Assembly (NCBI GenBank): GCA_963422375.2
Contig: CAXXKD010000001.1
Span: 32,001 to 96,000 of the forward strand
Origin: Bryobacterales bacterium
Lineage (GTDB): Bacteria > Acidobacteriota > Terriglobia > Bryobacterales > UBA6623
Reading direction: 5' to 3'
DNA length: 64,000 nt
The translations under genes and the position numbers were made by a program. Within the stretch, counting starts at the first letter, position 1. Every line of letters starts with the position of its first letter. Under the pieces are notes generated by a model, which saw only the letters and a program-made list of their open reading frames with translations, did not search any database and was not told the origin of the DNA. Shown here piece by piece: positions 40,908 to 50,863 of this stretch.

Positions 40908-43900
40908 ATGCTCGGGCTTGTCTTGGTCGCCGCCTTGGCCCTCCTGCCGCGGGCCGCTCCTCAGGTACGGCCGGATGGCAGCCAACGGTCCGCCTACACG
41001 GTTCTGCTCGAGGCTCCGTCCGTGGCCCAGCGCCTGAGCGCGAGCCGGGAGATGGCCGGAGGCCTCGGTCCCCGCAGGGCTGTGTCGAGCCCCCTCGCCC
41101 TGCGCAGGGCCGTCCAGCGGTCCCAGGATCCCGTGGTCGAAGCCTTGGAGGCAGGCGGTATCGAGGTCGTGGGTGGAGTTCGCAACGTTCTCAACGCGGT
41201 CTTCATCCGGGCGACACCCGCCCAAGCCGAGTCGGCGCGCAGCATGCCCGGGGTCGGCAGCGTCGTGCCGAGCCAGCAGTTCGGGCCCGCGGTGGATCCG
41301 GACGCCCCCATGGAAGTCGCCCCCATGGAAGTCGCCGACATCGTCAAGATCGATGCGCTCCGGTCGAAGGCCGGGCGGGACGCCCCGCTAGGCGACGGCA
41401 TCAAGATAGCGATCATCGACTCGGGCTTGGATTTCGACCACCCAGCATTCCGGGACGAGTCCCTGCCCCCGCTGGCGGGCTATCCGAAGGGCGACCCCGA
41501 GCACCTCGCGCTGGCATCGCGAAAGGTCGTCGCTGTCCGCTCCTACGCAGGGATGTTGAACTCTCGGGACCTGGGGAGATCGACACCGGACGATGATTCG
41601 CCGTGGGACCGGTCCGGGCACGGCACGGCGGCTGCCATGATCGCCGCCGGAAGCATCGTCGAGTCTCCGATCGGCACCGTGGCCGGAATCGCTCCCAAGG
41701 CGAGGCTCGGAATTTACAAGGTTTTCGGCACGCCGGGCGTGAACACCCGGACACGCGACCAAGCCGTTCTGGCCGCGATCGAGGACGCGGTTTCGGACGG
41801 CATGGACGTCCTGAACCTGAGTTTGGGGCGGATCGCCATCCGGCCCTGGCAGTCCGATTGCGCCCTCGGAAACCGTCCCGGGCAGTGCGACCCGCTCGCG
41901 GTGGCCGCCCAGAGCGCGGTCACGGGTTTTGGCCGGGTCGTGGTCGTCGCGGCCGGGAACGGCGCCCTGCAGGGCCTGAACAGCACTCCTGCGCTGGGAA
42001 CGGTGAATTCGCCGGGAGAGGCTCCGGCCGTCATCAGCGTGGGCGGGATCGGAAACTCGCTCGATCTGCAGCAGAGCGTTCGGGCGGGAAACCTGAGGGT
42101 GGACGCCATGAGCGGACTCGGACCCGGCGCGGACGGACCGCTCTCGGCCCGTGCCGTGATCGCCTCGCACTTCGGCGACGGACGGGCTTGCGAGCCGTTT
42201 CCCGCGGGCGCGTTCCGGGGAGCGATCGCCATCGTCGACCGCGGCCGGTGCTATTTCGTGGACAAGGTCGAGCACGCCGACGCGGCGGGCGCGGCGGGCG
42301 TCGTGGTGATCAACCACTGGGACGACGACCTGGTGAGGATGGCCCTGCTGGAGGATACCGACATTCCGGCGTACTTCATTGGCCGCGATGACGGCTTCGC
42401 CCTTGTCCGGGAGATCCTGACCACCGGCGCAACGGTCACCCTCGATCCCGCGCCCGTGGTCACGGGCAAGGAGTGGAGCTATGTCCGCTCGACCAGCGGC
42501 CGTGGGCCGACGGCGGCGGGCTATCCCAAGCCCGATCTCGTCGCGCCGTCCGAAACCGTGTACGCGGCCGCTCCGAGGCGCGACCCGCAGGGCAACCTGT
42601 TGTCCCCAAGCGGCTTCAAGCAGGTCAGCGGCACCAGCTTCGCCGCGCCGGCCGCGGCCGGCGCGGCGGCCCTAGTCCTCGAGGAATATCCATACCTCAC
42701 GGCCCGCCAAGTGGCGTCCGCCGTCATCAATTCGGCCGCTCAGGGGGTCACGGACAACGAGGAGCCTGCTCGCTTGGCAGCTGCCGGGACCGGCGTGCTG
42801 GACGTGGAGGCGGCCCTTCGCCCTACCGCGGTCGCGGTTCCGTCCTCGATCGCGTTCGGCCGGCTGCAGGCGGCGAGCCTCCCTGTGTCGCGCAAGATCG
42901 TGATCACGAACAAGGCGCGCCAGTCCCAGTCGTTCCGCGCCACGGTCGAGCCCACGGACCTCGACCCGCACGCCCGTGTCACGATCGACGGCCGCGAGGC
43001 GATTTCGCTGGCACTCGGCCCAAGAGAGAGCGTTTCCGTGCGAGTCACGTTGGCGGGTACGGTCCCGCCTTCGGGCTCCTACGAAGGCCGGCTGCGACTG
43101 GAGAGCGCGGACGGACACGGGGCGATTGCGATTCCCTACTTCTATGCCGTCGGGGTCAAGCAGCCCTTCGATGCGCTGCGCATTCGGGGCAAGGATGAGG
43201 TGGGAGTCCTCGGCCGCAAGGTAAGCCAGACGCTGATTGCGAGAGTAACGGACAAGTTTGGAGTGCCCGTCGACGGCTTCCCCGTGAGCTTCGAAGTCTC
43301 CAAGGGTTCCGGCCAGATCCAGAACACGAGCATCCTCAGCAGCCCGACGGGCCTGATCCAGGCGACGGTCCTATACGACGACTCCACTGCCTCACAGCGC
43401 GTCGTCGCCCGGATCGGGGGACTGGACGTGCCGTTCGACTACGAGGCGGCCGACCAAGTGACAGCGATTGACGGAATCCACAACGCGGCGACTTTGGCGT
43501 CATCTCGCGGCGTGGCACCGGGTTCGCTCGTGACCATTACGGGATCCCGCTTGGCCGAGTATCCCGCGGGCCCGCCCAGCGATTTCCAGTCGCGGTTTCT
43601 GCCGATAGTACGCAAGGGCACCTCGGTCGCATTCGAGATGCCGTCAGACGACGTTAGCGTCGCCGGGAGAATCCTTGCTCTCGACGCTGGTTCGGTCACC
43701 GTGCAGGTTCCATGGGAACTGGAAGCGGGCGGCTTCGGGTACGTCACGGTGCGGACCGAGTCGTACAGCGATATGCGCCGGTTCCGCCTAGTCCGAGAAG
43801 ATCCGGGCATCTACAGCTACTTGCGCGACGGGGTTGAACTTGCCGTCGCATTCCATGCGGACGACTCGCTCGTTTCTCTGGACTCGCCGGCTCGACCGGG

Positions 43901-44177
43901 GACCTATGTCACCTTCCTGATGACGGGCAACGGCCCGGTCCGGTCGCCTCCCGCTTACGGCGAGGCGACTCATCTGCCGAATCCTACCGTAGGCGCGGTA
44001 AGCGTGCAAGTGGGCGGCACCGAGGCATCCGTGCTCTACTCGGGCTTGGCCGTGGGTCTCGCGGGCTACTACAACGTCGTCGCGCAGATTCCTCCTCTTC
44101 TGCAGCCGGGAATCCACCCGGTGCGTGTGCGCGTGAACTCGAGGAGAAGCAACTTCGCCTTGCTTCCCGTACGGTGA
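40908..44177 (+). CDS. S8 subtilisin-like serine protease with PA domain and Solibacter-type C-terminal domain
   Basis: Catalytic triad IAIIDSG / SGHGT / SGTSFAAP; PA insert VDRGRCYFVDKV; C-terminal VAPGSLVTITG...VLYSGLAVGLAGYY (TIGR03437-like). Start uncertain. Confidence 0.9.
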   Translation: MLGLVLVAALALLPRAAPQVRPDGSQRSAYTVLLEAPSVAQRLSASREMAGGLGPRRAVSSPLALRRAVQRSQDPVVEALEAGGIEVVGGVRNVLNAVFIRATPAQAESARSMPGVGSVVPSQQFGPAVDPDAPMEVAPMEVADIVKIDALRSKAGRDAPLGDGIKIAIIDSGLDFDHPAFRDESLPPLAGYPKGDPEHLALASRKVVAVRSYAGMLNSRDLGRSTPDDDSPWDRSGHGTAAAMIAAGSIVESPIGTVAGIAPKARLGIYKVFGTPGVNTRTRDQAVLAAIEDAVSDGMDVLNLSLGRIAIRPWQSDCALGNRPGQCDPLAVAAQSAVTGFGRVVVVAAGNGALQGLNSTPALGTVNSPGEAPAVISVGGIGNSLDLQQSVRAGNLRVDAMSGLGPGADGPLSARAVIASHFGDGRACEPFPAGAFRGAIAIVDRGRCYFVDKVEHADAAGAAGVVVINHWDDDLVRMALLEDTDIPAYFIGRDDGFALVREILTTGATVTLDPAPVVTGKEWSYVRSTSGRGPTAAGYPKPDLVAPSETVYAAAPRRDPQGNLLSPSGFKQVSGTSFAAPAAAGAAALVLEEYPYLTARQVASAVINSAAQGVTDNEEPARLAAAGTGVLDVEAALRPTAVAVPSSIAFGRLQAASLPVSRKIVITNKARQSQSFRATVEPTDLDPHARVTIDGREAISLALGPRESVSVRVTLAGTVPPSGSYEGRLRLESADGHGAIAIPYFYAVGVKQPFDALRIRGKDEVGVLGRKVSQTLIARVTDKFGVPVDGFPVSFEVSKGSGQIQNTSILSSPTGLIQATVLYDDSTASQRVVARIGGLDVPFDYEAADQVTAIDGIHNAATLASSRGVAPGSLVTITGSRLAEYPAGPPSDFQSRFLPIVRKGTSVAFEMPSDDVSVAGRILALDAGSVTVQVPWELEAGGFGYVTVRTESYSDMRRFRLVREDPGIYSYLRDGVELAVAFHADDSLVSLDSPARPGTYVTFLMTGNGPVRSPPAYGEATHLPNPTVGAVSVQVGGTEASVLYSGLAVGLAGYYNVVAQIPPLLQPGIHPVRVRVNSRRSNFALLPVR
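41303..41332 (+). repeat. 15-bp perfect tandem duplication (APMEV x2)
   Basis: CGCCCCCATGGAAGT occurs twice in tandem, in frame. Confidence 0.9.
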
Positions 44178-45082
44178 CGGTCCGCGGGGACGGCCGGTTC
44201 GGTACGGACGAACGGGCCGTCGAGAGCATTGGTCGCTCTCGGAGGATATCTTGTCGACGCGGCGCTGTCGCGGCGGCCGTTACATTGCTCCTCGCGTCGG
44301 GATGCGTCGTGCAGTCGCCGTCCGGGCGGGCCTCGCCTTGGGATGCTAGTGACGAGCAGAACCCGACCGCGATTGACCACAGCTTGTGGCAGGAGACGCT
44401 TGACGGCTATCTCCGTCCAAGCCTCTCGGAAGTCAATCGGTTCGACTATGGCGGGCTGAAGTCCAGCGAAGACGACCGGGCTAGGCTGCAAGGGTACTTG
44501 GCGCAGCTGCAGGACACCGATCCCCGACTGTATCCTAGGGCCGAGCAGAAGGCGTACTGGATCAACCTGTACAACGCGCTGACGGTCCGGATTGTCGTGG
44601 ACGCCTACCCCGTCGATTCCATTCGCGATATCAGGGGAAACTGGTTTGTCGGACTCATCTCGCGAGGGCCATGGCGCGACGCAGAGATGCACGTGGCGGG
44701 CGAAGACCTCAGCTTGGATGAAATCGAGCACGGAATACTGCGTCCCATCTGGCGCGATGCGAGGATTCACTACGGGCTGAATTGCGCTAGTCTCGGCTGC
44801 CCGAACCTGCTCCCGACCGCATTCACAGCCACCAACACAGAGGAACTACTCGAACTCGGGGCGAGAGAGTTCGTCAACAGCACGCACGGGGTGAAGGTTG
44901 CGAGCGACGACAGGATTGTCGTTTCAAGCATCTATGCATGGTTTCGAGATGATTTCGGAAACTCCGAGGAAGACGTGATGGCCCATTTGAAGCGCTACGC
45001 GGACGGACCGCTTGCCGATCGCCTTCGAGACTTCGACGGCACGATCGACTACGCCTACGACTGGCGTCTGAACCAGCCTTGA
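44174..45082 (+). CDS. DUF547 domain lipoprotein
   Basis: LASGC lipobox; AYWINLYNA, SLDEIEHGILR, RIHYGLNCASLGCP, YDWRLN. Confidence 0.88.
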   Translation: MTVRGDGRFGTDERAVESIGRSRRISCRRGAVAAAVTLLLASGCVVQSPSGRASPWDASDEQNPTAIDHSLWQETLDGYLRPSLSEVNRFDYGGLKSSEDDRARLQGYLAQLQDTDPRLYPRAEQKAYWINLYNALTVRIVVDAYPVDSIRDIRGNWFVGLISRGPWRDAEMHVAGEDLSLDEIEHGILRPIWRDARIHYGLNCASLGCPNLLPTAFTATNTEELLELGAREFVNSTHGVKVASDDRIVVSSIYAWFRDDFGNSEEDVMAHLKRYADGPLADRLRDFDGTIDYAYDWRLNQP

Positions 45083-45143
45083 CCGCATATCCTATGCCGG
45101 AGCCCCTTAGGACCGTCCGAGTTGCCCGCTGGTCCCTCCGGAT

Positions 45144-45905
45144 CTAATCCGAGCGTCGCAGCGCCTCTAGCTGCCGCTCCGCCTCCCTCCACCGGCGCTC
45201 GGCCTCTTGGCGCGCTCGCGCCTCCTGGTCGACCTGGCGCTCGGCCTTCTGGCGCGCTCGCGCCTCCTCGCTCAGCGTCCGCAGGTATTCCCCTCTGACC
45301 GGATCCCAGATGCGCAGGCGCTGCGCGATGCCGTCGTAGCGCAGGTCCAAGCCCAGCACCGCGCTGCGGACGGACAGTTCCGCGCCGGGCAGTCGCTCGC
45401 CCGCCAGGCGCGCCGGCAGCAGGCCGCCCATCGGGTCGTACCGGAAGTATTCGCGCACTCCCAGCCGCGCGTAGAGCGGCGGCTTCTCGTGCAAGTCCGC
45501 GTCGACGGTGCCGGGAGAGGCGACTTCCAGCACGAAGTCCAGGTGCTTGCCCTCCTCCCACGCGAAGTAGGACATGCGATTGCGTCCCGGAACGCCCAGC
45601 GACACCATCACGTCCGGGACGACCCTGCGCTTGGGACGATTCTCGACGTAGTACACCAGCAGGTTGTTGGCCACCAGCACGTCCTCGCGCCGCTCGAAGT
45701 AATGGGCCAGCATGGTCGCTGCATCGCGGATCGCCCATTCCTGGAAGGTGTTGTCCGCTATCGGCCGACCGTCCGAGCTAGGGTACTGCGCCTCTGCTGG
45801 CGCAGGCTGCGAGGCGCGCCACCTCGGAGGGGGCGGGTCCGTCGGCGCGCTGCGGTCGCGGGCCGGGGCGAGCGGCGGGAATTGGTCGATCTGCTTGCCC
45901 GGCAT
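45144..45905 (-). CDS. Uma2 (DUF820) family endonuclease-fold protein with coiled-coil tail
   Basis: YPSSDG, VVPDVMV, FVLEVASPGT...D...K..LYARLGVREYFRYDP; EARARQxAER repeats with a 42-bp DNA period. Confidence 0.88.
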   Translation of the reverse strand: MPGKQIDQFPPLAPARDRSAPTDPPPPRWRASQPAPAEAQYPSSDGRPIADNTFQEWAIRDAATMLAHYFERREDVLVANNLLVYYVENRPKRRVVPDVMVSLGVPGRNRMSYFAWEEGKHLDFVLEVASPGTVDADLHEKPPLYARLGVREYFRYDPMGGLLPARLAGERLPGAELSVRSAVLGLDLRYDGIAQRLRIWDPVRGEYLRTLSEEARARQKAERQVDQEARARQEAERRWREAERQLEALRRSD

Positions 45906-46829
45906 GCGGCCTGGCGACCGATCGCTTCGGTGCCGGCACAGTATAGAGGATGCGTGCGGGGGGCCTCCCCCGGAGCGGCGGGCCGGAGCATGACGGGCCG
46001 CGAGGCGGCACGGCTCGGCTGACGCGGGTGCTCCGGGCGGCGTTCGAGACGCTGATCGGTAAGCTCAGCCGGGCGCAGGCGGTCGGTTCGGTACGGACGC
46101 GCCCGTGTTTCGCGAGACTTTGCCAGCCGGCCTGCCTCACGCTCCCGAGCATCCCGCCCGAACCGCTCGACGGATGCACCTAGCCACGATTGGCGGACAA
46201 GTCAGAACCGTCCGTGGTCGGGAATCTATCGCCAAACTACCCTGTCGAGCGAAACCTCCCACAGGGGGCATCAAGATTGCGCTTCGCCGGAGGTCCCGGC
46301 ATGGCGCGGTGGGAGGAGGTACGGGATCCGTCCGTCCTTGGAATTCGCTCTCGCATTATTCTGAGCGCTTCCTGTCTTGCTCGGACGATGCTGTCTGCTT
46401 CTATGCGTCGAGAGCCCGGGGGTACGCTCGCGGCCGTCTCCGACAATCTGCCTGTCGGATCCGCATCGCGCGATGGGACAGACCACTCTTGGACGAGTCA
46501 CATGGGGCCGACCAGCCCGACTGCGCGAGCTCGCTGCGCAGGCGATTACGCGGTCATGCCGCAGAGCGCCCATTGCGCGGGGCGGGCGGCATTCGCAGTG
46601 GAGGCGGACTTGCGCCGGTGCGTCTGGAACGCCCTTCGCGGAATCGGCGCCCCAGCCGTCCAACCCTTCGCCAAGACACGCTCGGCCGGTGACCTCCGGC
46701 CTGCACCGCAGGTCCCGTCGCGACGGGCAAAACAATAGGTCGCCTGGCCAGGCTGGGTCCTCCGTCGCCCGCGCACCAAGCTGCCCGAGATGCCGGCGGC
46801 CGCGGAGGTCGGTTGGTAGTCTAGGGAGC

Positions 46830-48314
46830 GTGTGGAAGACAGTTGTAGCTCTCGTAGCTCTTGCCATGCCGGCTCTTGCCGTGCCGAGGCTGGGCGTCAT
46901 CGACTTTCCGAACAGCGGGGACGCCTCCGCCCAGCAGGCCTTCCTGCAAGGCGTCCTTCTGCTGCACAACTTTGAGTACGACGACGCAGCGGCGTCCTTC
47001 AATGAGGCCCAGCGGGCCGACCCCGAGTTCGCGCTCGCGTACTGGGGCGAGGCCCTGTCTCACTACCGGCCTGTCTGGGGCAGGGAGAATCTGGAGCGGG
47101 GCCGCTCCGCGCTCGAGAAGGCCAAGAAGGCAGATCCCGCAACGCCTCGCGAGCAGCTCTATCTGGACGCGGCTAGGGTCGCGTTCGGCGAGGGCAGCCG
47201 GGAAGATCGCTGGAAGCGGTATTCCGACGCGATGGGGCGGCTGTCACGCGCTCACCCCGACGATATGGAGGCCGCCAGCCTCTACGCCGTGTCGCTATTC
47301 GGGGTGACAGGCGGCAAGCGGGACCACCGCACGTACATGAAGATTGCCTCGATCGCCGAGCCCGTCTACCGCAGGAACCCGGACCATCCGGGCGCGCTGC
47401 ATTACCTGATCCACGCCTTCGACGATCCGGTTCACGCGCCGCTTGGGCTGCCCTACGCCCGCCGCTACGCCGGTGTTGCGGCGGCCGCGCCTCATGCGCA
47501 GCACATGCCCTCCCACATTTTCCTCGCGCTGGGCATGTGGGACGACTGCATCTCCTCCAACATCGATTCGTGGAATTCCTCCGAGGTCCGCGTTAAGCGC
47601 CTAGGTCTCGGCAGCGACGACCGGGGCTACCACGCGCTGTGGTGGCTGCAGTACAGCTACTTGCAGAAGGGGCAGGTCGACAAGGCTAGAGACCAGCTTG
47701 CGATCATCGAGGCGGATGTGGCCCGGACGGGTTCGCGCCATGCGCGTAACCACCACGCCTACCTGCGCTCGCACTTCCTTGTCGAGACCCAGCACTGGTC
47801 TGCCGACTTACGGCCCGTCGACGACAAGGGCTTGGACCATAGGGCTTGGGGAGCGAACGCCCTTGCGGAGGGAATCCGAGCCGTCGAGACCGGGAATCCT
47901 AGTCTTGCCCGCTCGTGGCTCGAGAAGCTCGCCGCCCGAGGCAAGGCTCATGGCGATGCCACCGCGTCCCTGCCGATTGCCACTCTCCAGCTCGAGGGTG
48001 TCCTCTTGATACGGCAGGACAAGGCGGCGGACGGCGTTGCCAAACTGCGCCGGGCGACGGAACTGGAAATGGAGACTCCGTTTGGCTACGGCCCGCCTTT
48101 CCCGGTGAAGCCGGCCTACGAACTGCTCGGCGAAGAGCTGCTGGCGCTCGGCCGCCCGGACGAGGCCATGGAAGCCTTCGAGGCATCTCTCGGGCGGACC
48201 CCGCGGCGCGCCCATTCGCTGGCCGGGCTGGAGAAGGCGGCGCTCGCGGCTGGTGACGAGAAGACCGCTGCGTGGGCGGAATCCGAACTCGCGGACGCTC
48301 GGGCGGTACGGTAG
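46830..48314 (+). CDS. Secreted TPR-like hypothetical protein
   Basis: GTG start after AGGGAG; signal peptide; FLQGVLLLHNFEY, ADPEFALAYWGEA, HPGALHYLIHAFD, HAQHMPSHIF. Confidence 0.82.
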   Translation: MWKTVVALVALAMPALAVPRLGVIDFPNSGDASAQQAFLQGVLLLHNFEYDDAAASFNEAQRADPEFALAYWGEALSHYRPVWGRENLERGRSALEKAKKADPATPREQLYLDAARVAFGEGSREDRWKRYSDAMGRLSRAHPDDMEAASLYAVSLFGVTGGKRDHRTYMKIASIAEPVYRRNPDHPGALHYLIHAFDDPVHAPLGLPYARRYAGVAAAAPHAQHMPSHIFLALGMWDDCISSNIDSWNSSEVRVKRLGLGSDDRGYHALWWLQYSYLQKGQVDKARDQLAIIEADVARTGSRHARNHHAYLRSHFLVETQHWSADLRPVDDKGLDHRAWGANALAEGIRAVETGNPSLARSWLEKLAARGKAHGDATASLPIATLQLEGVLLIRQDKAADGVAKLRRATELEMETPFGYGPPFPVKPAYELLGEELLALGRPDEAMEAFEASLGRTPRRAHSLAGLEKAALAAGDEKTAAWAESELADARAVR

Positions 48315-48874
48315 CCGCGCTCAGTCGGTTCCACCGGGACCGTTCCGCCGGCCTCGCCCTCGTCGGTCGGCCGGTCGGCCTTCGTAGCCGCTTTCGCATT
48401 GCCTCGCGGATGGACGTGCGTCCCTCCCCCAGCGGCAGGCGGAGTCGAGACGGCCTGCACCGTCGCGGCGCAGAAGGCGATCTATCGTCCCGAGGTGGCC
48501 GAGCAGGTCACGCGCCATGAGCGCCTCCATGCGGTCGAAAGTGTCCTGTTCCGGTCCGCCGGGGCGATGGCCTCCCATCTAGCAGTAGACCCTTCGGGGA
48601 CGCACCCGCCCGTCCGCAAGAACGACTAGGTAGTGCCCGTGACAAAACTCGTATCCCCTTGACAACAAAGGCGTTAGGTCCAATCTCTCAAGGCGGAGAT
48701 TTCGCAGGAATGCTACGACTAATCCGAAATCCTGGCGATTCTGGATAGAGCGCGGAAATTTTCGCGATTGGCGTCTGAGCAACTTCCGACCTCGGGACCT
48801 ATATGTTGTGCTTGGAGTTCCATCCGACCTCAGGATATAGTATGAAGTGCTGATCGGGCCAGAATTAAGGGGTA

Positions 48875-50027
48875 CTGAGGAGCGCAAAAGTCGTCTCGGG
48901 CGGTTCACGCCAGAATGTACTTGCAATCGGGCTCCTTGAAGAGGCGAGCCACCTTGTCAGTCAAGTCCCTTAGCGACTTGAATTCCGCCTCGAGCAGGCG
49001 CAACAGCTTGTCCTTGGTCTTGAAGCATTTCCGGCTCACCATCCGCTTCACGTGCGACCTTACCAGCTCAGCTGGGTTCAGCATTGGGGAGTATGCCGGA
49101 AGAATATGAATCCTCACGTGCCCGTCCTCGAATTCCTTCTCGAGGAAACTCGCCACCTCTCGCGCCGTGTGAATCCGGCAGCCGTCCACTACGAAGCGCA
49201 CCTTCCTGCCGGTCTCTTCCGCCACCTGCTTCACGAACGAGCAGAACCTTCCAGCATCCGCCGCGCCCTCGTGCAGCATGTAATGGATGCGGCCGTCCGG
49301 GCTGATCGCTGCCAGCATGTTGAAGCGAAACTTCGTGCCCGTGCAGGTCACCTCGGGCGTCTGTCCGCGCATTCCCCACGTCCGTCGCACGTGATAGTCG
49401 GAGTGCATTCCGGTCTCATCAGCGAACATGATCAAGGCCCCTTCCCGCTCGGCCTCCTGCTTGATTTCCGGGAATGTCGTGTCAATCCATCGCGCGACTT
49501 GCCCCATCCGGTGCTGGAATGCCCGGAAGCGAGGCTTCTGCGGCGTGAGCCTGAGCCGACGCATGACGCGGCGGATGGCACAGCGGCTCGCGTCGATGCC
49601 GAACTCGTCGATGAAAGCGCGGCGGACTCTCTGGACGGTCCAGTAGGCGAACTCGAACTTGAGCTGACGGAGATTCTTATCGACGACGGTATGGAAGATC
49701 CACTGCGCGTGCTCCTCGGTCAAGATGCGAGGGCGTCCAGTTCCGGGCCGATCATCCAGTGCCCCCATGCCTCCGGCGATGAATCTAGCCACCCAGGACT
49801 TGACCGTTCCGGTTCCGATGCCGAATTTCATCGCGAGTTCTTCCGGAATATAGCAGAGCATGAATTGCGTGACGACGAACTTTCGAACGGTAATCTTAAG
49901 CTTATGAGGGAGTCGCAGAAAGTCGTCGAATTGGAAGGGATTCATGCAACAATTCTACCACGTTCAAGTGTCGGAACTGGTCTCAGCAGAGGGCGCGAAC
50001 GGCAAGAACGACTTTTGCGCTCCTCAG
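48875..50027 (-). mobile_element. IS630-family insertion sequence (1153 bp)
   Basis: Perfect 20-bp TIR CTGAGGAGCGCAAAAGTCGT; TA duplicated at 48873-74 and 50028-29. Confidence 0.95.
48905..49945 (-). CDS. IS630 family transposase
   Basis: GRPRIL, WT, FADETG, VVDG, LPAYSPMLNPAE; uninterrupted 346 aa. Confidence 0.93.
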   Translation of the reverse strand: MNPFQFDDFLRLPHKLKITVRKFVVTQFMLCYIPEELAMKFGIGTGTVKSWVARFIAGGMGALDDRPGTGRPRILTEEHAQWIFHTVVDKNLRQLKFEFAYWTVQRVRRAFIDEFGIDASRCAIRRVMRRLRLTPQKPRFRAFQHRMGQVARWIDTTFPEIKQEAEREGALIMFADETGMHSDYHVRRTWGMRGQTPEVTCTGTKFRFNMLAAISPDGRIHYMLHEGAADAGRFCSFVKQVAEETGRKVRFVVDGCRIHTAREVASFLEKEFEDGHVRIHILPAYSPMLNPAELVRSHVKRMVSRKCFKTKDKLLRLLEAEFKSLRDLTDKVARLFKEPDCKYILA

Positions 50028-50049
50028 TATTGTCACAAGCACTAGATAG

Positions 50050-50302
50050 TGCTTGTGACAAAACCCCTGAATTCTGGCCCGATCAGCATTGCATACTACA
50101 TCCTGAGGTCGGATGGATCTCCAAACACAACATATAAGGCCCAAGGTCGGAAGTTGCTCAGACGCCAATCGCGAAGATTTCCGCGCTCTACCCAGAATCG
50201 CCAGGATTTCGGATTAGTCGTAGCGTTCCAGCGAAATCTTCGCCTTGGGAGATTGGATCTAACGCCTTTGTTATCAAGGGGATACGAGTTTTGTCACGGG
50301 CA
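50050..50302 (+). mobile_element. 253-bp MITE-like element, copy 2
   Basis: Ends TGCTTGTGACAAAAC and GTTTTGTCACGGGCA; CTAGATAG on both sides. Confidence 0.9.
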
Positions 50303-50752
50303 CTAGATAGTGACGCCGCTGATGCTGTCTTCGTGTACGGCAATACCCATGGGCTTGTTGAGCATGGCCCTGGCCGCGTTACCTCCGTCCCCGCCGTACC
50401 CCCTCGCGCCCGTACCGGCGAAGAGGTCGATTTCGCCGGTTGTTAGATCAACCCTGCGGATTAGGTTGTCATTCATGCGGGCAACGTAGAGGTACGAGAG
50501 AGAATTGACCGCTACCCCCTTCGGGAAGTAGAGCCCGGTTTCGGTCGCTGGCACGTCGAGGAGGCGCTCGGGCTTGCCGATGACGCAGTGAACCCGCCAA
50601 GTCTGGGCGCTAACGTTCCCGAACGAAGCGCCGCAGATTGCGACGACGAGAGTGACGGCGGAGATGAGACCTCGGCCCGTGGGACAGATGGATCGAGTCG
50701 CGTCGGAGTGCGTTCCTAGTCGTGCGAAGCACTCCGGGGCGTTGAATGGCAT
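50303..50752 (-). pseudogene. NHL-repeat secreted protein, 3'-truncated at the MITE
   Basis: Signal-like segment ending VSA-Q; LYFPKGVAV...NLIRRVDLTTGEIDLFAGTGARGYGGDGG...LNKPMGIAV. The stop is supplied by the CTAG flank. Start uncertain. Confidence 0.8.
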
Positions 50753-50863
50753 TCGGTCCGCCATCGGCGTCCCCACCACTGGCGATTCGGTGCATACGCC
50801 TTCAACGCAACGTCGACCAGACATTCCGTGATCATCGCATGAAGTTCGTAAGCGCTTAGTTAG

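Larger units (their letters stand above)
48634..50041 (-). mobile_element. 253-bp MITE-like element, copy 1 (inverted, interrupted by IS630)
   Basis: 48634-48874 plus 50030-50041 total 253 bp and are the reverse complement of copies 2 and 3. Flanks CTAGGTAG and CTAGATAG. Confidence 0.88.

Noticed and set aside
48321..48625. Short ORFs between the TPR-like gene and MITE copy 1
   Set aside because: No convincing family match on either strand; probably a decayed fragment.
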